Shown here piece by piece: positions 37,092-46,008 of a DNA stretch of 64,000 nucleotides; position 1 is the stretch's first letter; the number at the start of each line of letters is the position of its first letter. The translations under genes and the position numbers were made by a program. The notes below the pieces were generated by a model. The model made no database searches. It saw only the letters and a list, made by a program, of their open reading frames with translations, and was not told the DNA's origin. The DNA comes from Candidatus Dormiibacterota bacterium (lineage in GTDB: Bacteria > Chloroflexota > Dormibacteria > Aeolococcales > Aeolococcaceae): contig CAWKKS010000001.1 of NCBI GenBank assembly GCA_963850385.1, positions 335,419-399,418 on the forward strand. The letters are read 5' to 3'.

Positions 37092-38468
37092 TCACACCGC
37101 CACCCCCGCGCCGAGGCGGCGCAGCACCGACGAGTTGAGAGCGGACAGCGCGGACACGTAGCGATCCATGGCCGCCGGCGACGTGAGCTCGGTGCAGCAG
37201 ACCAGCAGCTGATCGCGACGGGCGTCGTCGAAACGACCCAGGGGGAGGCCGGCGACGATGCCGCGCTCGCGCAGCGCGGCGGCCACCTCCGCAGCGTCGC
37301 CGGGGCAGCGCAGCACGAACTCCCACAGGAAGGGTGTCGCTCGGTCTACGGAGAAGCCGTTGACAGCACTGAGCTTCCCGGCGAGGTGGTGAGCCCGCTG
37401 CGCGCTGACCGTGGCCACTTCGCGCATCCCGCCGGCGCCCATGTGGGCCATGTACACAGTTGCAGCGAGGGCAACCAGAGCGTGGTTGGTGCAGATGTTC
37501 GAGGTGGCGTGCTCGCGCCGGATGTGCTGCTCGCGGGTCTGCAGCGTGAGCGTGTATGCGCGCCGTCCAGCATGGTCGGTGGTCATGCCCACCAGCCGTC
37601 CCGGCATGCGTCGCACCAGCTGCTGCCGCACCGCCATGTAGCCGACGTGGGGACCACCGAACGACGGCGGGACCCCGAGCGGCTGTCCGTCGCCGACGCA
37701 GACGTCGAAGCCTGCGTCACCCGGCGCGGTGAGCACGGCGCACGAGAGCGGGTCGGCGCTGCACAGCGCCAGCGCCCCGGTCGCGTGCGCGGCTTCGGCC
37801 AGCTCGGCAAGTGTCTCGAGCGTGCCGAAGAACGTGGGCTGCTGCACGAGCAGCCCGGCGTGGCGCTCGTCCATGAGCGCCCGAACGTCGTCGATCGACG
37901 TGGTCTCGCCGCGCGGGGGCACCAGGTCGATGCTCACCGCACGCCCCGCCGCGAAAGTGCGCAGCACGCGAAGCGTCTCCGGGTGAACGGCGCCGCTCAC
38001 CGCGATGCGATCCCGGCCTGTGGCCTGGACCGCGAGCATCATCGCTTCGGCGGCGGCGGTGGCCCCGTCATAGAGCGAGGCGTTGGCGACGTCCATGCCC
38101 GTCAGGGCACAGATCATCGACTGGAACTCGAAGATCGTCTGCAGCGTGCCCTGCGACGCCTCGGCCTGGTACGGGGTGTACGCGGTGTAGAACTCGGGGC
38201 GTCCGATCGTGCCTCGGACGATGGCGGGGATGAAGCGCGAGTACACGCCCGCGCCGAGGAAGTTGTCCATCGCGCTCAGCGGGTGGTTGCGGGCCGCCAG
38301 GCGCTCCACCTCGGCGACCAGGTCCTGCTCGCCCAGGGGCGGCGGCAGCTCGATGCGCGGATCGCGCAGCGAGGCCGGAACGGTCTCGAACAACTCGGCC
38401 ACGCTGGCCGCACCCACTACCTCGAGCATCGCCCTGCGGTCGTCTTCAGTGTTGGGCAGGTAGGCCAT
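37092..38468 (-). CDS. gcvPA: glycine dehydrogenase (decarboxylating) subunit 1
   Basis: MAYLPNTEDDRRAMLEVVG..., FLGAGVY and YTPYQAEASQGTLQ. ATG at 38468. Confidence 0.9.
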   Translation of the reverse strand: MAYLPNTEDDRRAMLEVVGAASVAELFETVPASLRDPRIELPPPLGEQDLVAEVERLAARNHPLSAMDNFLGAGVYSRFIPAIVRGTIGRPEFYTAYTPYQAEASQGTLQTIFEFQSMICALTGMDVANASLYDGATAAAEAMMLAVQATGRDRIAVSGAVHPETLRVLRTFAAGRAVSIDLVPPRGETTSIDDVRALMDERHAGLLVQQPTFFGTLETLAELAEAAHATGALALCSADPLSCAVLTAPGDAGFDVCVGDGQPLGVPPSFGGPHVGYMAVRQQLVRRMPGRLVGMTTDHAGRRAYTLTLQTREQHIRREHATSNICTNHALVALAATVYMAHMGAGGMREVATVSAQRAHHLAGKLSAVNGFSVDRATPFLWEFVLRCPGDAAEVAAALRERGIVAGLPLGRFDDARRDQLLVCCTELTSPAAMDRYVSALSALNSSVLRRLGAGVAV

Positions 38469-38557
38469 TGCGCAAGTATGAAGTGGGGTCGCGCGCTGCC
38501 GTCTCGGCCGCGCTCCACAGTGGGACACGACGACGTCTGAGAACGCGCCGCTGCGGG

Positions 38558-38563
38558 TAGACT
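38558..38563 (+). promoter_or_regulatory. -10 box of a probable leaderless transcript
   Basis: TAGACT followed by 6 nt and then the GTG start at 38570. No SD is possible. Confidence 0.3.
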
Positions 38564-38569
38564 GGGGAC

Positions 38570-38785
38570 GTGGCCACCAAACGACCGACCGTGAGCATCG
38601 AGGACGTCATCTCGGCCATCGAGACGGCGCGGGACAAGGTGATGAGCGACGAGGTGAAGAGCCTGGTCAAGCTCGGGCTGCCCAAGAACGTCGCCAACAA
38701 GATGGTCGCCGAGCGCTACCGGCAGCGCAACGAGGGCGAGGAAGGTGAGGGCGAGGCCCAAGGGGCCTGGCCCGACATGTCCTAG
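38570..38785 (+). CDS. small hypothetical protein (71 aa) with an acidic Glu/Gly tail
   Basis: Strong GC3 bias across the whole ORF. No family recognised. Confidence 0.5.
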   Translation: MATKRPTVSIEDVISAIETARDKVMSDEVKSLVKLGLPKNVANKMVAERYRQRNEGEEGEGEAQGAWPDMS

Positions 38786-39387
38786 CCCTGCGGCGGTTCC
38801 GAGGACCGCCGACGACCGCGGATGAGCCAGGCGACCACGACCGCGACAACCAGCACGGCCAGCACCAACGCTACCGTCTGGATTGGCCCCGAGATCCTGT
38901 CGTAGTTCTTGCCGATCGCGTAGCCGCCAGCCGTGAGCGCGATGCACCACGGGAGTGCCCCGATGAAGGTGAGCAAGGAGAAGCGCAGCAGATCCACGCG
39001 CGCCAGGCCGGCGGGGAAGGAGATGTACGTCCGCACCACCGGGAGCACCCTCCCCACCAGCACAGCCATCAGGCCGTGCCGCGCGAACCAGCGGTCGGCC
39101 ATGTCGAGGTGCGACTCGGAGATGCCCAGCACCCGACCGGGTCCGAGCAGGACCGGCCTCCCGAAGCGCGCCGCGATCCCGTAGGCGACCAGCGAACCGG
39201 CGAGGTTGCCGACCGTGCCGGCCAGGATCGCGCCGACCAGGCTGATGTGCCCCTGGGCGGCGAGGAACCCGGCGAACGGCATGATCAGCTCGCTCGGGAA
39301 TGGCACCCCGCAGCTCTCCGCAGCCATGAGCAGGAAGACGAGGACGATGCCGCCGCTGGTGACCCAGTGGGTGATGAAGTTGCTCAC
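38782..39387 (-). CDS. DedA-family membrane protein
   Basis: LLMAAESCGVPFPSELIMPFAGFLAAQGHISL and the downstream TM pattern are typical of DedA/SNARE-associated proteins. Confidence 0.85.
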   Translation of the reverse strand: MSNFITHWVTSGGIVLVFLLMAAESCGVPFPSELIMPFAGFLAAQGHISLVGAILAGTVGNLAGSLVAYGIAARFGRPVLLGPGRVLGISESHLDMADRWFARHGLMAVLVGRVLPVVRTYISFPAGLARVDLLRFSLLTFIGALPWCIALTAGGYAIGKNYDRISGPIQTVALVLAVLVVAVVVAWLIRGRRRSSEPPQG

Positions 39388-39447
39388 GGCCCGGCATTCT
39401 GAGGGCCCACCGCTTGTCCGTGCATCCCTCCGCTACGCTCGGGCGCG

Positions 39448-40329
39448 ATGACACGCCGCCCGTCGCGGCTGGACCCGTGGCCGCGCGCGTTCGACCCCAA
39501 GGTCGAGCTCGACTGGGCCGACCCGGTGGTCAGCCGTCGCCTGCTGCGTGAGCACCTCGACCAGGCGCACGACGGCGCCAGCCGTCGTACCAACGTCATC
39601 GAGCGGCAGGTGCTCCGCCTCGAGCGCCTCCTCCCGGCCGCCCCCTCGCACGTCCTCGACGCAGCCTGCGGGCCCGGGCTGTACGCGGTGCGGCTGGCGG
39701 CGGGCGGCCACCGGGTCACCGCGTTCGACGTCGGTCCGGCGGTCATCGCCCATGCGCGACGGCTGGCCCGCCGGCAGGGCCTCGCCGGTGTGATGACGGC
39801 GGCCCAGGGCGACCTGCGCCGGCTCGACCAGCCCGGCCGGTATGACGCCGCCGTGCTGATCTACCACGTCCTCGAGGCCTTCCCGCGGCGCCAGCAGGCG
39901 GCGATCCTTCGCCGCCTGGCGACGGCGGTGCGACCGGGCGGCCCGGTCGTTGTGGAGATGCGCCTGCGGCCCGATCAGCTTGAGGGCAGGATCAGCAGCT
40001 GGGACGTCGTCCCCGGGTCCCTCCTGTCGGACAGCCGCCACCTGCTGCTCGTCGAAACTGTGCACGACCGCTCCGCCAACACGTACGTGCTCCGCGAGAC
40101 CGCGGTGTTCGACGACGGCACCACCGCGGTGCAGCAGACCAGCAGCGCGTTGACCCGCTTCGAGAACATCCCGTTGCTGTTCGGCCGCGGCGGGTTGCGA
40201 GTCGATGCGATCTACGACGGGTGGAGCCGTTATCGGGCAACGACCCTCAGCGAGACCGTGCTGGTCGTCGCCCGGCGTCTTCAGCGGCGGCCACATCCCG
40301 GCGTCGGGCGACCGCGCCGACGAGCGTGA
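39448..40329 (+). CDS. class I SAM-dependent methyltransferase
   Basis: Motif I VLDAACGPGLYAVRLA and the post-I acidic residue (TAFD). Confidence 0.8.
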   Translation: MTRRPSRLDPWPRAFDPKVELDWADPVVSRRLLREHLDQAHDGASRRTNVIERQVLRLERLLPAAPSHVLDAACGPGLYAVRLAAGGHRVTAFDVGPAVIAHARRLARRQGLAGVMTAAQGDLRRLDQPGRYDAAVLIYHVLEAFPRRQQAAILRRLATAVRPGGPVVVEMRLRPDQLEGRISSWDVVPGSLLSDSRHLLLVETVHDRSANTYVLRETAVFDDGTTAVQQTSSALTRFENIPLLFGRGGLRVDAIYDGWSRYRATTLSETVLVVARRLQRRPHPGVGRPRRRA

Positions 40330-41026
40330 GCACCAAGCCGCCGACCACGAGGTATCCCGAGGTGTTGAGATCGACGCCTGCGCCGGCGCCTGGCACACCG
40401 GTGGCGGCGCCTGCCACTCCGCCCCCCGAGGGCCGTCTTGGGACGGGCACTCTGGTCGTGACCGACACCGGCGGCGTCCCCGGGGTGGACGCGGTGCTGG
40501 TCAAGGTCATCGTCACCACCCTCGTGGGCAGAGGAAGCCGGGGAGCGAGGATCACCGCGCTGAAGTTGACGATATCGGTCTGGCCCGCGTCGACCGTCGC
40601 GTAGACCCACCGGTAATGCCCGGCGAGGAGCCGGGTGACGGTGGTGATCGGCTGGCCCATGAAGCTGTTGACCGTGCCCGAGGTCCCGTCGCGGACCGTG
40701 TAGCCGGCATCGCCGGCGAGTAAGTCGTCGACGACAACGGCGTCGGCGGGAGCGCTCCCGCTGTTCGAGAGCGTCACCCTGTACTCCACGGCTTCGCCGA
40801 TGGTTGCCGTGGGCCGGTCGACCGTCTCCGATAGCGTCAGGCGGGCGGCGGCCGGGTCAGCGCACGGTGGTGTGCACGTGGCCGTCGGGGTGGCGGTCGC
40901 GGTCAGGGACGCTGCCCTGACCGGCGCGACTGGGGTCAGGACGATGAGACCGACGACCGCGCAGCCCACGGCCGCTGCCGTCACTCGCGAGCCTGACCGA
41001 ACTCCACCCGAGCGTCCCGGCGGCAC
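40247..41026 (-). CDS. secreted surface protein with a DUF11-like repeat and a C-terminal TM anchor
   Basis: Signal peptide, TIGEAVEYRVTLSNSGSAPADAVVVDD (DUF11-like), a Thr/Pro-rich stalk, and a C-terminal hydrophobic helix plus RRRD tail. Confidence 0.55.
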   Translation of the reverse strand: MPPGRSGGVRSGSRVTAAAVGCAVVGLIVLTPVAPVRAASLTATATPTATCTPPCADPAAARLTLSETVDRPTATIGEAVEYRVTLSNSGSAPADAVVVDDLLAGDAGYTVRDGTSGTVNSFMGQPITTVTRLLAGHYRWVYATVDAGQTDIVNFSAVILAPRLPLPTRVVTMTLTSTASTPGTPPVSVTTRVPVPRRPSGGGVAGAATGVPGAGAGVDLNTSGYLVVGGLVLTLVGAVARRRDVAAAEDAGRRPARSR

Positions 41027-41191
41027 ACGTGGAGGGTACTGCGCGTTGGGCTGTCGCGCCGCCGCAGCACCCTCGTCGCCGGGCGACCCACGGCGGCTGG
41101 AGCCACCCGACCCCGCTCGTATGGGCAGTGTCAGGCTGGTGCTGACCCCTCTACCATGCAGCGAGCATCAGCGACGTCGAGGGAAGCTCAC

Positions 41192-43279
41192 ATGCCGAGT
41201 CCCGCCCCTGATCGGGTCCGAACCGTCGCCGTGGTCGGCCACAGCCACGACGGCAAGACGACGTTGTGCGAGGCGCTGCTGCACACGGCCGGCGCGACCC
41301 CACGGATGGGAGCGACCGAGCAGGGCAGCTCGATCCTGGATCACGAGCCCGAGGAGCAGCGCCGGTCGATGAGCATCAGCGCAGCGATCGCGCACCTCGA
41401 CTGGGACGGCTACCGGGTCAACCTCATCGACGTGCCCGGCTTCCAGGACTTTGCCGGTGAGCTGGCGACGGCGCTGACCGCCGCCGACGCGGCGGTGCTG
41501 GTGGTGGGCGCCGGCGGCGGCGTGCCCGTCGGCGCCGAGCTCGCCTGGGAGATCGTCAGCGCCCGGAAGCTGCCCGCCCTCATCGTCGTCAACAAGATGG
41601 ACAAGGAGAACGCGGCGTACGAGGCCACGGTCGATGCGCTTCGCGAGGCGTTCGATCGCAAGCCGGTGGCTGTCGCGGTTCCCATCGGCAGTGCCGGCGA
41701 TTTCACGGGCTACATCGACCTCGTCAACGACAGCGCACACCTGTTCGAAACGGCCGGGCGAGCCCGCGACACCGAGCTCCCCGAGTCGATGCGCAGCGAG
41801 GTGGAGCGGGCGCACACTGCCCTGGTCGACGCCGCCGCCGAGACGGACGACGCGCTCATCGAGAAGTACCTCGGCGGAACCGAGCTGACCGACGACGAGG
41901 TGCGCGCCGCCCTGCACACCGCCGCCCTGCGCGGCACGCTCGTTCCGATCGTCTGCGCGGCCGCCGCTGATGAGCGCGGCGCGGCGCTGGTGCTCGACGC
42001 CATCGTGCGCTACCTGCCCGGCCCCGCTGAACAGGTGCACCGCGGTCGCGACGCAGCAGGGACGGAGGTGGAGATCGCCTGCGACCCCGGCGGTTCGCTG
42101 GTGGCGCACGTCTTCAAGACCGTCGTCGACAGCTTCGGCAAGGTCACGTACTTCAAGGTGCTGCGCGGGACCATGCGCGCGGACACCCATCCGTACGACG
42201 TGCAGCAGGAGGTGGAGGAGAGGTTTGCGCAGTTGGCACGCCCGCTGGGGAAGGCACTGGTCAACGCCACCGAGGTGGGCGCCGGTGACATCGGCGCGGT
42301 GACCAAGCTGGCCCACGCCCGCACCGGTGACGCGCTCTGCGTGCGCGGCCAGGTGGTCACGCTGCCGCCGCTCGACATCCCACCACCCTCCTACGGCGCC
42401 GCGATCAGCGCGCGCACCAAGGGTGACGAGGACAAGATCATGTCGTCGCTCGCTCGCCTGGCGGAGGAGGACCCGGCGTTCGTGGTCGACCGCGATCCGC
42501 AGACCGGCGAGGTGCTTGTGCACGGCCTCGGCGACGTGCACCTCGACGTCGCGCTGGAGCGGATCAAACGCAAGTTCGGCGTCGATGCCGTGCTCGCACC
42601 CCCGCGCATCGCCTACAGGGAGACGGTGAGCGGCACCGCCCGGGTCGCCCACAAGTACAAGAAGCAGAGTGGCGGGGCCGGGCTGTACGGCGACTGCACC
42701 ATCGAGCTCGAACCGCTCCCGCGCGGTGGCGGTTTTGTCTGGGAGGACAAGATCTTCGGTGGCGCCATCCCCCATCAGTTCCGACCGTCGGTGGAGAAGG
42801 GCGTCCGTCAGACCATGGAACAGGGTGCTGTCAGCGGCAACCCGATCGTCGACGTCAGGGTGCGCCTTGTCGACGGGTCGACCCATTCAGTCGACGGCAA
42901 GGACATCGCGTTCCAGATCGCCGGGTCGATGGCGATGCGCGAGGCCGTGCAGAAGGCCAACCCGGTCCTCCTTGAGCCGATCATGGACGTGCGCGTGGTG
43001 GTGCCCGAGCGCTACATGGGCGACGTCATGGGCCTGCTCAACGGCAAGCGTGGCCGTGTGGCCGGGATGAACCCTCTCGGCGATGGCCGCGCCGAGGTCA
43101 CGGCCCAGGTGCCGCAGGCTGAGATGCACACGTTCCCGACCGAGCTGCGCGCGCTCACCCAGGGACGGGGCCGCTACACGATGTCACCGTCACGGTACGA
43201 CGAGGTGCCGCACCACCTGGCCCAGTCGATCATCGAGTTGCACTCCAAGAAGGAGCACGCCGTCCCCGCCGGCGGGTAG
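41192..43279 (+). CDS. elongation factor G-like translational GTPase (paralogue)
   Basis: G1 is GHSHDGKTT, with DVPGFQDF and NKMD, plus EF-G domains II-V. ATG at 41192. Confidence 0.85.
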   Translation: MPSPAPDRVRTVAVVGHSHDGKTTLCEALLHTAGATPRMGATEQGSSILDHEPEEQRRSMSISAAIAHLDWDGYRVNLIDVPGFQDFAGELATALTAADAAVLVVGAGGGVPVGAELAWEIVSARKLPALIVVNKMDKENAAYEATVDALREAFDRKPVAVAVPIGSAGDFTGYIDLVNDSAHLFETAGRARDTELPESMRSEVERAHTALVDAAAETDDALIEKYLGGTELTDDEVRAALHTAALRGTLVPIVCAAAADERGAALVLDAIVRYLPGPAEQVHRGRDAAGTEVEIACDPGGSLVAHVFKTVVDSFGKVTYFKVLRGTMRADTHPYDVQQEVEERFAQLARPLGKALVNATEVGAGDIGAVTKLAHARTGDALCVRGQVVTLPPLDIPPPSYGAAISARTKGDEDKIMSSLARLAEEDPAFVVDRDPQTGEVLVHGLGDVHLDVALERIKRKFGVDAVLAPPRIAYRETVSGTARVAHKYKKQSGGAGLYGDCTIELEPLPRGGGFVWEDKIFGGAIPHQFRPSVEKGVRQTMEQGAVSGNPIVDVRVRLVDGSTHSVDGKDIAFQIAGSMAMREAVQKANPVLLEPIMDVRVVVPERYMGDVMGLLNGKRGRVAGMNPLGDGRAEVTAQVPQAEMHTFPTELRALTQGRGRYTMSPSRYDEVPHHLAQSIIELHSKKEHAVPAGG

Positions 43280-43287
43280 CGGGCTCC

Positions 43288-43953
43288 TCAGACGGCGACC
43301 TCTCGCAGCCGCCTCCCGATGAAGCTGTCGTCGAGGTTGGCCAGAAGCGCGGCGGCGTCCTCATGGACGTCAACCGCGCCGGCGTCGCGCAGCTCCTGCT
43401 CGGACCACCCGCCGGAGCACACCGCCACGCAGGGGATGCGGGCGCGCCCCGCCGCCTCGACGTCCCAGCGGGTGTCGCCGACGAAGACCGCGGTGTCGGG
43501 GTCGGCGTCGGCGACCCGCATCGCCACCAGCGCGAGGTCCGGCGCCGGCTTGCTGCGCCCGACGTCCTCCCCGGTGACGACATGGTCGAGCAGCCGGCTG
43601 GTGGGGATCTTGCCGAGCAGCACCCTGAGGTCCTCCGGTCCCCCCGAGGTGGCCACGGCCAGGGTCGCCTCGCGGCGGTGGAGTTCGGCGATCAGCTCGG
43701 CGGCCCCGGGCAGCACCGGGACCTCTTCGAGGTGGGTGCGGTAATGACGAGAATGGGCGTCGTCCAGCTCGGTCATCTCCCGTCCGACCAGGGCGGGCAC
43801 CATCTGGTCGCCACCCATGCCGATCAGCCGATGGATGGTCGCCATGTTCACCTGGATCCCGTGCTCGCGGCAGGCGTACCACCAGGCGAGGGTGTGGAAG
43901 TAGGAGTTGTCGACCAGCGTGCCGTCGACGTCCAGCATGACCGTCAGAGCCAT
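43288..43953 (-). CDS. HAD-superfamily hydrolase
   Basis: MLDVDGTLVDNSY (motif I), ATSG and VFVGDTRWDVEAA. Confidence 0.8.
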   Translation of the reverse strand: MALTVMLDVDGTLVDNSYFHTLAWWYACREHGIQVNMATIHRLIGMGGDQMVPALVGREMTELDDAHSRHYRTHLEEVPVLPGAAELIAELHRREATLAVATSGGPEDLRVLLGKIPTSRLLDHVVTGEDVGRSKPAPDLALVAMRVADADPDTAVFVGDTRWDVEAAGRARIPCVAVCSGGWSEQELRDAGAVDVHEDAAALLANLDDSFIGRRLREVAV

Positions 43954-44120
43954 CCCGACAGGGTGACACGGTGGGACCGGGCGGCGGCGTTTGGGGGCTT
44001 CGCGCGGGGGCGTCGTCTGAATTCGGGTCCAATTCAGCCGGGGTGGGCTAGAATGCGGCGACTTGAGCCCGGCGGCCCGTCGCCGGACTCGCAATGACCC
44101 TGGATAGGAGAGGACCCACG

Positions 44121-44270
44121 ATGGCCGTTTCCGGCTACTGCCTCAAGTGCAAGGCACCAACAGAGATCAAGGACCCGCAGGCGATCACCATGAAGAATGG
44201 CAAGCCTGCGACGACCGGCACGTGCCCGACCTGCGGCACCAAGATCTTCAAGATCGGCAAAGCCAGCTGA
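44121..44270 (+). CDS. DUF5679-like zinc-ribbon small protein (49 aa)
   Basis: ATG after GGAGAGG. YCLKCK...CPTCGTKIFKIGK has a CxxC...CxxC layout. The ORF is below the cutoff of the supplied track. Confidence 0.6.
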   Translation: MAVSGYCLKCKAPTEIKDPQAITMKNGKPATTGTCPTCGTKIFKIGKAS

Positions 44271-44285
44271 CCACCGGCTGAGCTC

Positions 44286-44316
44286 GAGGCCGCCGTGTCC
44301 GTGGCGCGGCGGCCTC
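44286..44316. terminator. bidirectional intrinsic-terminator-like hairpin between convergent genes
   Basis: Perfect 10-bp GC stem, GAGGCCGCCG (44286-44295) with CGGCGGCCTC (44307-44316), and an 11-nt loop. No clear U-tract. Confidence 0.45.
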
Positions 44317-44327
44317 GTCGCGCCGGG

Positions 44328-45017
44328 CTAGGTGACCAGCGACTCGCGCACACCCTCGATGTCGAGCCGGCGCGAGTACACGATCAGCTCGTCGCTCGCC
44401 TGGATGACCTCGTCGGGGCGGGCCACCACCGGCTCACCGGCCCGGACGATGCACACGACCAGGTCCCCCGCGGGGAGATCGACCTCGCTGAGGCGACGGC
44501 CCACCAGCCGGGACATGTCGGGCAGCCTCACGTCGACCAGGTTGGCACCTGATGCCTTCACGGCCAGCCCTCTGACCATCTCGGAGCCGCTGATCTCCGC
44601 CTCGATCAAGCCCATCAGCAACTCGGTCGCGCTCACCGGGACGTCGATGCCCAGCGCCGTGAACACGTTGACGTTCACCGGGTTGTTGACCCGCGCGATG
44701 GTTCGGGGCACACCGAACTTCCCCTTGGCAACCTGGCAGGCGATCAGGTTGTCCTCGTCATCTCCAGTGCATGCGATCACCACCCCGGCGCGCTCAATGC
44801 CGGTCGTGGCCAGGAACGCCATCTCGTCGCCATCCCCGACCATCACGGCGACGGTCCCCATCTGGTGCTCGATCCACTCAGCGCGCGCCGGGTCCTTCTC
44901 AACCAGGGTGACCTCATAGTCACGCTCGATGAGGTGACGGGCGAGGTAGAAGCCCACCTTGCCCCCCCCGATGACCAGGACATAGGGGCGCTCGCGCGCC
45001 GGCGGGGCCTCGCTCAC
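44328..45017 (-). CDS. trkA: Trk/Ktr-type K+ uptake regulatory protein (RCK_N + RCK_C)
   Basis: VLVIGGGKVGFYLARHL, ARVNNP and the C-terminal TrkA_C pattern (LVGRRLSEVDLPAGDLVVCIVR). The GTG at 45017 overlaps the stop of the upstream frame (GTGA). Confidence 0.8.
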   Translation of the reverse strand: MSEAPPARERPYVLVIGGGKVGFYLARHLIERDYEVTLVEKDPARAEWIEHQMGTVAVMVGDGDEMAFLATTGIERAGVVIACTGDDEDNLIACQVAKGKFGVPRTIARVNNPVNVNVFTALGIDVPVSATELLMGLIEAEISGSEMVRGLAVKASGANLVDVRLPDMSRLVGRRLSEVDLPAGDLVVCIVRAGEPVVARPDEVIQASDELIVYSRRLDIEGVRESLVT

Positions 45018-45467
45018 CGCTGCGCCTGGGCCACGTCGGCGCTGCGCTGTGGGTAGGCCGGGTTCTCGCCGGTGGTGAGAAAGCGGTTGATCATCGAGCT
45101 CGACGATGGTGGTGGAGCAGATCGTCTCCATCCCGAACTCCCGGTAGGTCTGCTCGCGGATCGGGTCGTAGATCCGGGTGATGACCCGTGGCACGTTGAA
45201 GACAACCTTGGCCACTTGCGCGGCCATGATGTTGCGGTTGTCGCCGTTGGTCACCGAGGCGAAGCAGTCCGCCTGCTCGATGCCGGCGCGGCGGAGCACG
45301 GACTCGTCAATCCCGGTGCCCACCACCATGTTCCCGCCGAAGTTCTCGCCGAGACGGTTGAAGGCTGAGACGCGCTCATCGACGATGCTCACCTCGTGCC
45401 CTGCGGCATCGAGGTCGCGCGCCAGCGACGAACCGACGCGCCCGCAACCGACGATGACGACCTTCAC
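45014..45467 (-). pseudogene. trkA: TrkA-N (RCK_N) protein, with a 1-nt frame break near 45095
   Basis: MKVVIVGCGRVGSSLA...RIYDPIREQTYREFGMETICSTTIVEL, then the conserved continuation MINRFLTTGENP... in the +1 frame, ending at 45014. In the uncorrected frame the ORF instead reads through into the next gene as one 379-aa ORF. Confidence 0.6.
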
Positions 45468-45559
45468 CTTTCCCTCCAGTCCACTCCCAGCCGCATTCTA
45501 CGTGGCAGGGGTGTCGCGACTGGCCGGGCGTCATCCCGGCGGGGTAGCATCCAGCCGCC

Positions 45560-45997
45560 ATGGTGGGATTCACGCCGCAACGCATCCTCGTGCCGATCAG
45601 CGGCGCGCAGACCGATGGCGAGGCCGTCCGCCTCGGCTGCCGCCTTGCCCGGCGCGGCAAGGCCAAGGTCATGGTGGTGACGGTTCTCGAGATCCGGCGC
45701 AGCCTGGCGCTTGGCACCGTCCAGGATGCCGAGATGGACGCGGCGGAGAAGATCCTCGACGCCGCCGAGCGGGTCGCCCGCGAGCTGGAGACGGAGATCG
45801 AGACGGAGTTGCTCCAGGCTCGAGACGCGGGCCCGGCGATCGTCGAGGAGATCGCCCACTGGAAGGCCGACCTGGTGGTGGTCGGCATGCCGTTCCGCCT
45901 GCGTTTCGGCGAGTTCCACATGGGCCGGACGGCGCCCTACATCCTCCGACACGCGGCCTGCCGGGCGATGCTCTTCCGAGAGCCACCCCCCGGCTGA
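45560..45997 (+). CDS. universal stress protein (UspA family)
   Basis: RILVPISG..., IVEEIAHWKADLVVVGM and GRTAPYILRHAACRAMLF. Confidence 0.85.
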   Translation: MVGFTPQRILVPISGAQTDGEAVRLGCRLARRGKAKVMVVTVLEIRRSLALGTVQDAEMDAAEKILDAAERVARELETEIETELLQARDAGPAIVEEIAHWKADLVVVGMPFRLRFGEFHMGRTAPYILRHAACRAMLFREPPPG

Positions 45998-46008
45998 GGA
46001 GCGAGCTG

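Noticed and set aside
38469-38569. Expected glycine riboswitch in the leader of gcvPA-gcvPB
   Set aside because: The ~100-nt minus-strand leader lacks the conserved GGAGAG...CACCGAAGGGGCAA and CUCAGGC blocks in the right order. It is also too short for a tandem aptamer. Only a vague CCGAGACGGCA resemblance was seen. A cmsearch with RF00504 would settle it.
44328-45467. Taking the continuous 379-aa ORF as a genuine fused two-RCK_N TrkA protein
   Set aside because: The would-be linker (DDQPLSHHRREPGLPTAQRRRGPGAAV) looks like out-of-frame translation. The +1 frame gives a conserved-looking TrkA continuation and ends in a GTGA overlap with a good start for the second gene. I therefore prefer two genes with a 1-nt error in the first. 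This stays open until reads are checked.
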